A DNA stretch of 64,000 bases, from positions 9,186 through 73,185 of the forward strand of contig CAOVHW010000001.1 in NCBI GenBank assembly GCA_948543815.1, written 5' to 3'. This stretch comes from an uncultured Eubacteriales bacterium (GTDB lineage Bacteria > Bacillota > Clostridia > Lachnospirales > CAMVHY01). Made by a program: the position numbers and the translations under genes. The notes under the pieces were generated by a model that saw nothing but the letters and a program-made list of their open reading frames with translations, was not told where the DNA came from and made no database searches. Positions 54,867 to 63,644 of this stretch are shown here, one piece after another. How positions within the stretch are numbered: the first letter of the stretch is position 1; each line of letters starts with the position of its first letter.

Positions 54867-56285
54867 TTGAAAAAATATGTTGAGGCAATTACGGATATGG
54901 ATAAAGATTTCGCACTATGGTATACGGATATTGTAAAGAAAGCCGAACTAATTGATTACTCATCCGTACGCGGATGTATGATTTTAAAACCATATGGGTA
55001 TGCGATATGGGAAAGAATACAAAAAATTTTAGACCAAAAATTTAAAGAAACTAATCACGAAAATGTTTATATGCCAATATTTATTCCGGAATCACTTTTA
55101 CAAAAAGAAAAGGAACATGTAGAAGGATTTGCACCTGAAGTTGCATGGGTAACTCATGGAGGAAATGAGAAACTAACTGAAAAATTATGCGTACGTCCAA
55201 CTTCGGAAACTTTATTTTGTGAGCACTATGCAAATGTTATCCAATCGTATCGTGATTTACCAAAACTTTATAATCAATGGTGTTCAGTAGTACGTTGGGA
55301 GAAAACGACACGACCATTTTTACGTAGTTTAGAATTTTTATGGCAGGAAGGCCATACGGCACATGCAACATTTGACGAAGCAGAACAAGAAACATTAAAA
55401 ATGTTAAACATTTATGCAGATTTTTGTGAAAAGATATTAGCAATACCAATGATAAAAGGTAAGAAGACCGAGAATGAGAAATTTGCGGGCGCACTTTCAA
55501 CTTATACGATAGAGAGTTTAATGCACGATGGACGCGCATTACAATCAGGAACATCGCATAATTTTGGCGATGGATTTGCAAAAGCTTTTGGCATTCAATA
55601 CACTGACAAGCAAAACAAATTGCAATATGTTTTTCAAACATCATGGGGAATATCGACAAGAATAATTGGCGCAATAATTATGGTTCACGGAGATAATAAT
55701 GGATTAGTTTTGCCGCCAAATATTGCTCCAATTCAAATTGCAATTATTCCAATCACAACAAAAAAATCTGAAATAATTGACGCCGCAAAAATGATTGAAG
55801 CAAAATTAAAATCACAAAATTTGCGTACAAAACTTGACTTGACTGATAAATCGGCCGGCTGGAAATTTAGTGAATATGAAATGAAAGGTGTACCACTACG
55901 AATTGAAATTGGCCCGCGCGATTTAGAAAATAATTCGGCAACATTTGTGCGACGTGATACAAATGAAAAAATTACATTGCCATTAAATAATTTTGACGCA
56001 AAAGAAATTTTGGACGCAATACAAAAAAATTTGTTTGATAAAGCTTTAGCACATCGAAATAAAAATACATTCAATGCAGAAAATTTGGAGCAAATTGAAG
56101 AAATTTTGTCAAACACTCCTGGCTTTATAAAAGCAAATTGGTGTGGCGATTTAAATTGTGAATTAGCTGTTAAAGAAAAAACTGGCGCAACTGCTCGTTG
56201 TATTTCATTTGAACCTGCAAATGGAAAATGTGTTTGCTGTGGGAAAAACGCCCAGCATTTAGTTTATTGGGCAAAATCATACTAA
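54867..56285 (+). CDS. proS: Prolyl-tRNA synthetase (short archaeal/eukaryote-like type)
   Basis: 472 aa with class II motifs ([38 protein letters not shown]) and a C-terminal Cys-rich domain. TTG start with a GAGGTGG RBS. Confidence 0.93.
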   Translation: MKKYVEAITDMDKDFALWYTDIVKKAELIDYSSVRGCMILKPYGYAIWERIQKILDQKFKETNHENVYMPIFIPESLLQKEKEHVEGFAPEVAWVTHGGNEKLTEKLCVRPTSETLFCEHYANVIQSYRDLPKLYNQWCSVVRWEKTTRPFLRSLEFLWQEGHTAHATFDEAEQETLKMLNIYADFCEKILAIPMIKGKKTENEKFAGALSTYTIESLMHDGRALQSGTSHNFGDGFAKAFGIQYTDKQNKLQYVFQTSWGISTRIIGAIIMVHGDNNGLVLPPNIAPIQIAIIPITTKKSEIIDAAKMIEAKLKSQNLRTKLDLTDKSAGWKFSEYEMKGVPLRIEIGPRDLENNSATFVRRDTNEKITLPLNNFDAKEILDAIQKNLFDKALAHRNKNTFNAENLEQIEEILSNTPGFIKANWCGDLNCELAVKEKTGATARCISFEPANGKCVCCGKNAQHLVYWAKSY

Positions 56286-56297
56286 GAGGTGGAAAAA

Positions 56298-57773
56298 ATG
56301 TATCTGGCTCTCTACCGAAAATATCGGCCAAAAAAATTTGCGGATGTCGTCGGCCAAAAACATATCGTAAAAACTTTACTTAATCAAATTACTGCTAATC
56401 GTATCTCTCACGCTTATTTATTTTGTGGGACACATGGCACTGGTAAAACTTCTATTGCAAAAATTTTCGCAATGGCGGTAAATTGTTTTGACAATAAAAA
56501 TGGTGAACCATGTATGAAATGTGAAAGCTGTAAAAATGTTTTGAGTAAACAAGACCCGAACATAATTGAAATTGATGCCGCAAGTAATAATGGCGTCGAC
56601 AATATCCGTGATATTCGCGACGAAGTGAAATATCCACCAATTAACGGTAAGTACAAAATTTATATCATCGACGAAGTTCATATGCTATCAGTTGGCGCGT
56701 TCAATGCGTTATTGAAAACTTTGGAGGAACCGCCATCACACGTAATTTTTATATTGGCGACAACGGATCCACAAAAAATTCCCGCCACAATTCATTCACG
56801 AACGCAACGATTTGATTTCAAACGAATTTTACCGCAAGAAATGTTTGACGCAATAAAAAAATATATGGCGGCCGAAAAAATTAATATAAGTGATGAGGCA
56901 ATAAATTATGTAATACGATTGTCGGACGGCGCGATGCGTGACGCATTGAGCATTTTGGATCAGTGTATATCATTTTACTTCGGCGAGGAAATTTCGCTGT
57001 CAAAAGTTATAAACATTACCGGTAATATTGACGATAAAAATTGCTGTGAATTCCTAAATGCATTGAATGAAAAAAATGTAAAAAAAATTTTGGATATGAC
57101 AAACAAAATTGTTATGGATGGCAAAGAAATTTCACATTTCCTCTCTGCTTTAATTATATTTTTACGCGATTGTCTTGTGTTCAAAAATATTGGTGATGAC
57201 GAAAATGTTTTACAATTATGGAATGACCGTGCACAAATTTTACAAAATTGTCAACTTTCTTCACCAAATCAAATAAAATTGCTGGAAGTTTTCTCACAAT
57301 TACAAAATGAACTAAAATATGCTATCAATCCACGAATTTCATTTGAAATTTCGTGCATAAAATTTTGCTCTGATGATGAAAAAAAAAATACTAACCAAAC
57401 CAATGACGAAATAAAAATTTCAAAAAAAATTGACACGCCTGTAAAAAAAATAATACCAACTGACGTAAAAGAATTGATAAAAAAATGGCCGCAGATTGTC
57501 GCAAAATCTTCCGGCCTCTTAAAAGAAATTTTGAATTTGTCGTACATCGGCTCGCTCAAAAATAATGTCGTCTATATAATTACAAATGATGCCGGTAGTA
57601 ATGCAATATTAAAACAAAAAAAAGATGAAATTAAAAATTTAATTGATTTAGATTGCGAAATAGATTTCATTTGTAAAGATGATTACGAAGCCGAACATAA
57701 AAAAATTTTCAATCAAGACGATGAAGAACTAAAAAAACAACTCAAAAAAATTAATTTCCCTATTGAAAGCTAA
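56298..57773 (+). CDS. dnaX: DNA polymerase III subunit gamma/tau
   Basis: It has LYRKYRPKKFADVVGQ, the Walker A GTHGTGKTS, a Zn module CxxCxxC, and IDEVHML. The ATG at 56298 follows a GAGGTGG RBS; the track's GTG at 56289 lies in the RBS. Confidence 0.93.
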   Translation: MYLALYRKYRPKKFADVVGQKHIVKTLLNQITANRISHAYLFCGTHGTGKTSIAKIFAMAVNCFDNKNGEPCMKCESCKNVLSKQDPNIIEIDAASNNGVDNIRDIRDEVKYPPINGKYKIYIIDEVHMLSVGAFNALLKTLEEPPSHVIFILATTDPQKIPATIHSRTQRFDFKRILPQEMFDAIKKYMAAEKINISDEAINYVIRLSDGAMRDALSILDQCISFYFGEEISLSKVINITGNIDDKNCCEFLNALNEKNVKKILDMTNKIVMDGKEISHFLSALIIFLRDCLVFKNIGDDENVLQLWNDRAQILQNCQLSSPNQIKLLEVFSQLQNELKYAINPRISFEISCIKFCSDDEKKNTNQTNDEIKISKKIDTPVKKIIPTDVKELIKKWPQIVAKSSGLLKEILNLSYIGSLKNNVVYIITNDAGSNAILKQKKDEIKNLIDLDCEIDFICKDDYEAEHKKIFNQDDEELKKQLKKINFPIES

Positions 57774-57775
57774 AA

Positions 57776-57908
57776 AATTAAAACCGTTCTTTTTTTTGTA
57801 AAAAAAAGAACCAAAAAAAACTTTATAAAAATCTTTGTGCAAATGCACAAAGATTTTTTGTTAAAGTTCTTTTGTTACTTTTCTTTCAAGAAAAGTAAGG
57901 TTTTTTTA
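57776..57908. repeat. Mosaic palindromic repeat locus R5 (C inverted, A, B)
   Basis: aaaaccgttcttttttttgtaaaaaaaagaaccaaa ... atctttgtgcaaatgcacaaagat ... ttacttttctttcaagaaaagtaaggttt. Confidence 0.9.
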
Positions 57909-57917
57909 GTAAAAATT

Positions 57918-58466
57918 TTAGTCTTTAGTTGATTTTTTATAAATATTGCCAAAGGATGGCGACGTTCGAAACAATGCTTTGCCTAATATTCTTTCACGTT
58001 TCAAAAAAGTATTGCCCCAATATCGAGAATCATTTGAATTATTTCGGTTATCTCCCATCATAAAATAGCAACCATTAGGAATATAATACGGGCCGGCAAA
58101 TTCATAAGTTTCCTTATCCAAAAAATTTTCTTCTAACGGCTCATCATTTATATAAACTTTTCCTGATACAACTTCTAATTTTTCTCCGGGCATTCCAATG
58201 ATACGCTTTATGAACAAATTTTTTTCATTATCAGGTGGAATAAATACGACAATATCAAAACGTTTTGGAGTTGAAAATAAATAATTCAAACGGTTAACTA
58301 ATAAACTATCGCCAGTCATTAAAGTTTTTTCCATTGAACTTGATGGGATATATGCATTTAAAATTACGAAGCGATTAAAAAATAAAGCGATAACGATAGA
58401 GGTACATATTAAGATAATAAAATCGAAAGCCTCAAGAAAACGCTCTGAGCATAAAAAATTTTTCAT
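57918..58466 (-). CDS. lepB: Signal peptidase I
   Basis: It has an N-terminal TM segment, the SSSMEKTL (catalytic Ser) motif, KRIIGMPGE (catalytic Lys), and GDNRNNSNDSR. Confidence 0.92.
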   Translation of the reverse strand: MKNFLCSERFLEAFDFIILICTSIVIALFFNRFVILNAYIPSSSMEKTLMTGDSLLVNRLNYLFSTPKRFDIVVFIPPDNEKNLFIKRIIGMPGEKLEVVSGKVYINDEPLEENFLDKETYEFAGPYYIPNGCYFMMGDNRNNSNDSRYWGNTFLKRERILGKALFRTSPSFGNIYKKSTKD

Positions 58467-58483
58467 CGATATTAATTCACTTC

Positions 58484-58804
58484 CTAATCATTTTGTTCGC
58501 TATCAGATTTATCTGATAATTTATTAGATAAATCCTGAATAACGTTAGCAGTTTTTTGGATAACAGATTGAGTAGTTTTTCTAACTTTTGGCTCCATATT
58601 TTTATATACTTCACTAACTTTATTACCTAAATCTTTAGCGATACTATCAACATTTTTAGAGAGTTTTTTAATTTTTTCCTCAAAGTCTTTAGATTTATTA
58701 TCACATTCTTTAAACTTCATAGAATCAAATAATTTTACGGCGTCGTCAACATTAATTTTACCATCTTCAAGCATTTGTAAAACTTTCAAACGTTCTTCTT
58801 TCAT
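58484..58804 (-). CDS. Hypothetical helical protein with an N-terminal SHOCT-like/YvlB-like motif
   Basis: MKEERLKVLQMLEDGKINVDDAVKLFDSM... A GGAGGA RBS precedes the ATG at 58804; the track's 58861 start is an extension. Confidence 0.65.
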   Translation of the reverse strand: MKEERLKVLQMLEDGKINVDDAVKLFDSMKFKECDNKSKDFEEKIKKLSKNVDSIAKDLGNKVSEVYKNMEPKVRKTTQSVIQKTANVIQDLSNKLSDKSDSEQND

Positions 58805-58926
58805 AAAAATTCCTCCATAAAAAAAATATTTCGATGAAAAAGGTTCAAAGCGTTTTATCATTATTATAACTCAAAAATACGAGAAAAATTATCAATGCAA
58901 AAAATTAATTTGTAATACGTATCTTC

Positions 58927-58956
58927 TTGCATAAATTTATTTCTACATGATATAAT
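58927..58956 (+). promoter_or_regulatory. Strong sigma-A promoter (TTGCAT-18-TGaTATAAT) with no ORF behind it
   Basis: It has a near-consensus -35 and an extended -10. It drives the ~135 nt transcript candidate listed next. Confidence 0.55.
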
Positions 58957-58962
58957 AATTAT

Positions 58963-59101
58963 ATGAAAAAAGAGAGAGTATTAACTCTCCCTTGTGGCAA
59001 TCCGCTAAAAAGGCGGAGGCTTGCTAACGGTTAATTAAAAAAGTTTATACTAATTCTTTACCGTTGCTTACCTTTACGAGAGGAGCAACGGTTCTTTTTT
59101 G
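58963..59101 (+). ncRNA. Candidate small RNA (~135 nt), convergent with and 3'-overlapping the 60 aa membrane-peptide gene
   Basis: It has a promoter, internal hairpins (gagagag..ctctc; ccgc..gcgg), and a long terminator stem accgttgct...agcaacggt followed by a T-run at 59093-59100. I recognise no Rfam family. Confidence 0.3.
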
Positions 59102-59240
59102 TAATTTTTGGTTTTATCTCATTTAGTTTTTGATTAATTTTATAATCAATAAACCAATCGAGTAAACCAAATAACAAAACCAGAACACTGGCGATTTTTG
59201 AAATGATATCAATAATCAGATTCAAATCTGCCACTTGCAT
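59058..59240 (-). CDS. Small membrane peptide (58-60 aa), type I toxin-like or holin-like
   Basis: MQVADLNLIIDIISKIASVLVLLFGLLDWFIDYKINQKLNEIKPKITKKNRCSSRKGKQR has one TM segment and a basic tail. A GGAGGG RBS is present. An extended -10 promoter (TGcTATAAT) lies at 59307-59315. Confidence 0.5.
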   Translation of the reverse strand: MQVADLNLIIDIISKIASVLVLLFGLLDWFIDYKINQKLNEIKPKITKKNRCSSRKGKQR

Positions 59241-59351
59241 CGCCCTCCTTTCTTTTGAGGGTTAAGCAAGTCTCCGTTGTCCCTTTATCGCAATTGCCAT
59301 ATCTTTATTATAGCAAATTATTCACGTATTTAAAATATCACCATTTTTTTA

Positions 59352-59392
59352 TAAAAAAAGGATGCATTCTTTGTTTGCATCCTCTTTTTTTT
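59352..59392. terminator. Bidirectional terminator downstream of the TfoX-like gene
   Basis: The stem aggatgca / tgcatcct lies between an A-run and a T-run. Confidence 0.75.
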
Positions 59393-59406
59393 ATAACAAC
59401 TTTAAT

Positions 59407-59730
59407 TTATTCATCATATTTTTTTGAATTAGGTAACTCATCAAAAATTTTGTTAATCAATCCTGTTAAATATTCTTTATCATCAACATTATCCACGAGC
59501 AACATTTGTTTTGCTCCAGCATAAGGCAATTCATATTTTACATTTGACATATATGAAACTACTGACTTCACCGGTTTTACAAGAAACCGATTATCGTAAA
59601 TTCCACCAATAATTTTTCCTTTGTAGTAAATGATGTATTCTCCCATCATAGCTTTATATGAAATATCATCCAATCCACTTAATTGTTCAATGATAAAATT
59701 CAAATATTCTTTACTTGTCGCCATTACCAC
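59407..59730 (-). CDS. TfoX N-terminal domain family protein
   Basis: 107 aa. The sequence SKEYLNFIIEQLSGLDDISYKAMMGEYIIYYKGKIIGGIYDNRFLVK is typical of the TfoX/Sxy N-terminal domain. Confidence 0.75.
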   Translation of the reverse strand: MVMATSKEYLNFIIEQLSGLDDISYKAMMGEYIIYYKGKIIGGIYDNRFLVKPVKSVVSYMSNVKYELPYAGAKQMLLVDNVDDKEYLTGLINKIFDELPNSKKYDE

Positions 59731-59770
59731 AACTCCTAATCTTCAAACTCACTATCATTTATCGTATAAA

Positions 59771-61237
59771 TTATTTGTCGCTCGGTAGTGACTTCATTGT
59801 GGGAAATAATAAAATATCACGAATTGAAGCTGAATCCGTAAACAACATAACTAATCTATCAATACCGATACCAAGTCCACCAGTTGGCGGCATTCCATAT
59901 TCCATTGCTGTCAAAAAATCTTCATCAATCATATTAGCTTCATCATCGCCCGCATCACGCAATTTTTCTTGATATAAAAATCTTTCACGCTGATCAATCG
60001 GGTCATTTAATTCTGAATAAGCATTTGCAAATTCGCGCCCCATAATAAATAATTCAAAGCGCTCAGTATAATCTGGATTATCAGGTTTTCGTTTTGTAAG
60101 CGGTGAAATCTCAACCGGATGATCCAACAAAAATGTCGGCATTACCAAATTTTTTTCAGCGTATTCTTCAAAAAATAAATTTAACAAATCACCTTTACGA
60201 TGATACGGTTCATATTTTATATTTCGCTCGTCAGCTAATTTTTTTGCTTGTTCAAGATTAATTTGCGTAAAATCAATGTCGGCATATTTTTTCACAGCAT
60301 CAAGCATTGTAATTTTCTCAAATGGTTTTTCCAAATCAATTTCAACGTCGCCAAATTTTATCACATACGAATTATAAATTTGTTTAGCAATAAATTTAAA
60401 CAAATTTTCGGTTAAATCCATCATATCATTATAGTCAGCATAAGCCTGATACAATTCTAACAAAGTAAATTCAGGATTATGTTTGATACTGATACCTTCG
60501 TTACGAAAAACGCGTCCCATTTCATAAACTTTATCAAAGCCACCGATAATTAATTTTTTCAGCGGCAATTCAAGTGCTATTCGCATATACATATCAATAT
60601 TCAAAGCATTATGATGCGTAATAAACGGGCGAGCATTTGCGCCACCGGGAATAGTTTGCAGAATTGGCGTTTCAACTTCGAGGAAATTTTTTTCGTCCAA
60701 AAATTTTCTAATAGCTTTAATGATATTTGAGCGCAGCAAAAACTTATTTTTTACGTCAGAATTTACAATCAAATCCAAATATCTTTGACGATAGCGAATT
60801 TCCTGGTCGACAAGTCCATGAAATTTTTCAGGTAATGCGCGCAAACTTTTTGCAAGCAGTATAATTTTTTCGACGCGTATTGAAATTTCACCTTTATGCG
60901 TTTTAAAAACGACGCCATTTATACCAACGAAATCACCGATATCAAATTTTTTGAACTCATTATAAAAATCTTCACCGATTTCGTCACGTTTTACATAAAT
61001 TTGAATTCGAACAGATGAATCTTGTAAGTCACCGAACGATGCTTTACCCATAATTCTTTTAGTCATTAAGCGTCCAGCAACTTTTACGTTTTTATTTTCG
61101 AACGTATCGAAATTTTCGATTATAGATTTATTTAAAGTATCCGTTTGGAATTTAACGATTTCGAACGGATTTTTATTTGCTAATTTCAAGTCATTTAATT
61201 TTTCAGTGCGAACATCGTCTATCAATTTTTTATTCAC
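59771..61237 (-). CDS. lysS: Lysyl-tRNA synthetase, class II
   Basis: It has an OB-fold N-domain and class II motifs ([44 protein letters not shown]). The GTG at 61237 abuts the AAGGTG RBS, so the TTG at 61225 may be the real start. Confidence 0.93.
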   Translation of the reverse strand: MNKKLIDDVRTEKLNDLKLANKNPFEIVKFQTDTLNKSIIENFDTFENKNVKVAGRLMTKRIMGKASFGDLQDSSVRIQIYVKRDEIGEDFYNEFKKFDIGDFVGINGVVFKTHKGEISIRVEKIILLAKSLRALPEKFHGLVDQEIRYRQRYLDLIVNSDVKNKFLLRSNIIKAIRKFLDEKNFLEVETPILQTIPGGANARPFITHHNALNIDMYMRIALELPLKKLIIGGFDKVYEMGRVFRNEGISIKHNPEFTLLELYQAYADYNDMMDLTENLFKFIAKQIYNSYVIKFGDVEIDLEKPFEKITMLDAVKKYADIDFTQINLEQAKKLADERNIKYEPYHRKGDLLNLFFEEYAEKNLVMPTFLLDHPVEISPLTKRKPDNPDYTERFELFIMGREFANAYSELNDPIDQRERFLYQEKLRDAGDDEANMIDEDFLTAMEYGMPPTGGLGIGIDRLVMLFTDSASIRDILLFPTMKSLPSDK

Positions 61238-61375
61238 CTTTTTACTTTTGTTTTTTAATCACAGTCTTTATTAATATAATAAATTTATTTTAGTAGATAA
61301 AGTAGTAGGGATTGTTGATATGTATAAAACATGTTAAAAATATCTCGTAATGATTAAGAAAGAAATTGAAAACAT

Positions 61376-61487
61376 TGTGGATAACTTCTTCAAAACTGTA
61401 ATTTAATCCACATTATACACAATTTATTTTTTTAATTGCAATTATGAACAATTTCTCAACACTTTCCTCTCTTTAATATGTTGATAA
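61376..61487. promoter_or_regulatory. Second DnaA-box cluster (upstream of lysS)
   Basis: The boxes are a perfect TGTGGATAA (61376-61384), TAATCCACA (61404-61412), TTATACACA (61413-61421) and TGTTGATAA (61479-61487). Confidence 0.5.
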
Positions 61488-61762
61488 GTTCTTTACTTTT
61501 TTCTTTGAAAAGAAAAAAGTAAAACAAAAAAGAAACTTTATATAAAAAATCTTTGTGCGCTTGCACAAAGATTTTTTAGTTAAAGTTCTTTTGTTACTTT
61601 TCTTTCAAGAAAAGTAAGGTTTAAATATAGAAATAAAAACCGTTCTTTTTTTATAAAAAAAAGAACCAAAAAAATTTTAATAAAAAAATCTTTGTGCGTT
61701 TGCACAAAGATTTTTTAGTTAAAGTTCTTTTGTTTACTTTTCTTTCAAGAAAAGTAAGGTCT
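61488..61762. repeat. Mosaic palindromic repeat locus R6 (B, A, B, C, A, B), the largest array
   Basis: It has two A modules (atctttgtgcgcttgcacaaagat; atctttgtgcgtttgcacaaagat), three B modules and one C module, in the divergent lysS / malQ intergenic region. Confidence 0.9.
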
Positions 61763-62006
61763 TATAATTTCAAGCGTAAACTTTTTGGGAAAATATTATA
61801 AGCAGAAGAAGAAAGATTATAATTACAGAAATATTTTTTTTCATTTTGTAATACCTCCATGAAAAAATTTTATTGTACGGACTTCAGAATTTACTATCGA
61901 ATTTATGCAGAATTTTTTTACATTCTTCGCTATAACTTGTCATATTGAATTGATTTTTTTTATTCAGTTATAATAAACAATTAAAATGGTTAAGGAGGCT
62001 TTACTT

Positions 62007-63584
62007 ATGATATTAAAAAGATGTGCGGGAGTTTTACTTCATCCAACTTCTTTATATGGAAAGCATGGGATAGGAGATTTAGGTCAAGCATGTTACGAGT
62101 TCATTGATTTTTTACATGCGAGCCATCAGAAAATTTGGCAAGTTTTACCGATAAATCCAATAAGTTTTGGTAATTCACCATATCAAAGTTTTTCTACATT
62201 CGCTAAAAATTATTTACTAATAAGTCCAGAAATTTTATTACAAAAAAAATATTTATCATCTGAAAATCTTACCGATATTCCTAATTTTGACCAATATAAT
62301 GTAGATTATGAACGTGTCGCACAATTTAAATCAAATCTATTTCGTATCGCATTCGCAAATTTTTGTAAGGATATCCCTAAAAAATTTATTGAGTTTTGTG
62401 AGGAAAATTCAGATTGGCTCGATGATTACTCACTTTTTTTATCATTAAAAAATTATTTTGTTTCGTATCGTACTAAAAATAAAAATAGTGCTGAAATTGA
62501 AAATGATTTAAAAAAATTAGCGGACATGCTCCCACTAAATCTCGTAAATGATTATTATTTTGGTGCGGTTTGGTCTACTTGGCCTCAAGATATTGTGCAA
62601 CGTGATAAAAATTGTTTGGATAAATGGCGTAAAATTTTTTCCGATGAAATCCTCTACCATAAATTTTTACAGTTCGAATTCTTTGAGCAATGGATTGCTA
62701 TTAAAAATTATGCAAACTCGAAAAATGTTTCTATCATTGGTGATATTCCAATCTTTGTCGCGTATGATAGTGCTGATGTTTGGGTTAATAAAAATTTATT
62801 TGAATTGGATTCAAATTTCTTCCCAACTGTTATCGCTGGAGTTCCTCCTGATTATTTTAGTACGACTGGCCAACTTTGGGGTAATCCACTTTATAAATGG
62901 AGTGCACATAAAAATTCCGGATATAATTGGTGGATTAAACGCATAAAAAATATTTTTCAGTACGTTAATATTTTACGTATTGATCATTTTCGTGGCTTTG
63001 AATCTTATTGGGCAGTTCCATTTGGTGAAAAAACTGCTGTTAATGGAAAATGGGAAATAGGGCCCGGTAAAAATTTTTTCGATATCGTTGAAAAAAAATT
63101 AGGTAAGCTTCCAATTATCGCTGAAGATTTAGGAATAATTACGGAGAAAGTTTTAATTTTACGTGATAGTTGTAATTTTCCTGGAATGAAAATTTTACAG
63201 TTCGCATTTGATGGTACAAATAATAATTATCATTTACCGCATAATTTTGAAACGACAAATATTGTTGCTTATACCGGAACACATGATAATGATACGACAG
63301 TTGGTTGGTATGAGAAATCTCCTGAAAATTTTAAAGATCAATTTCGACGCTATATGAATGTTTCGGGGAATGACCCTGCTTGGGATTTAATTAAATTGTT
63401 ATATTCAAGTGTGGCTGCTTATGCAATTGTTCCTATTCAAGATTTAATGGGTTTAAATTCTTCCGCACGTATGAATTTACCCGGAAATTCTAATGATAAT
63501 TGGCGCTTTAGATTTACTAAACAAATGTTATCCGATGAGATAAAAAATAAATTGCTTTATTTTTGTAATTTGTTTAATAGATAA
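62007..63584 (+). CDS. malQ: 4-alpha-glucanotransferase (amylomaltase, GH77)
   Basis: It has RCAGVLLHPTSLYGKHGIGDLG, LRIDHFRGF, PIIAEDLG and YTGTHDNDT motifs. An AAGGAGG RBS precedes the ATG at 62007. Confidence 0.93.
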   Translation: MILKRCAGVLLHPTSLYGKHGIGDLGQACYEFIDFLHASHQKIWQVLPINPISFGNSPYQSFSTFAKNYLLISPEILLQKKYLSSENLTDIPNFDQYNVDYERVAQFKSNLFRIAFANFCKDIPKKFIEFCEENSDWLDDYSLFLSLKNYFVSYRTKNKNSAEIENDLKKLADMLPLNLVNDYYFGAVWSTWPQDIVQRDKNCLDKWRKIFSDEILYHKFLQFEFFEQWIAIKNYANSKNVSIIGDIPIFVAYDSADVWVNKNLFELDSNFFPTVIAGVPPDYFSTTGQLWGNPLYKWSAHKNSGYNWWIKRIKNIFQYVNILRIDHFRGFESYWAVPFGEKTAVNGKWEIGPGKNFFDIVEKKLGKLPIIAEDLGIITEKVLILRDSCNFPGMKILQFAFDGTNNNYHLPHNFETTNIVAYTGTHDNDTTVGWYEKSPENFKDQFRRYMNVSGNDPAWDLIKLLYSSVAAYAIVPIQDLMGLNSSARMNLPGNSNDNWRFRFTKQMLSDEIKNKLLYFCNLFNR

Positions 63585-63644
63585 ATTTCCTTGACAATTA
63601 TTTTTGTATGTGATTAAATTTCTCAAAAGTTTGTGGTGATTTAT

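Noticed and set aside
58964-59035. 23-codon ORF (MKKERVLTLPCGNPLKRRRLANG) at the 5' end of the candidate sRNA.
   Set aside because: There is no Shine-Dalgarno sequence, and the ATG would sit at or within a few nt of the predicted transcription start. It is kept only as a caveat to the non-coding interpretation.
59255-59524. 89 aa + strand ORF.
   Set aside because: It runs through the toxin-like gene's leader and promoter and through the bidirectional terminator, and it overlaps the TfoX-like gene antisense. It has no RBS and a low-complexity composition.
22226-61762. Whether the recurring intergenic hairpin modules could be a CRISPR array or arrays.
   Set aside because: The repeats are three different palindromic modules in variable order and orientation. 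They are dispersed over six loci, and there are no regularly spaced unique spacers and no cas genes. They fit REP/BIME/MITE-like elements instead.
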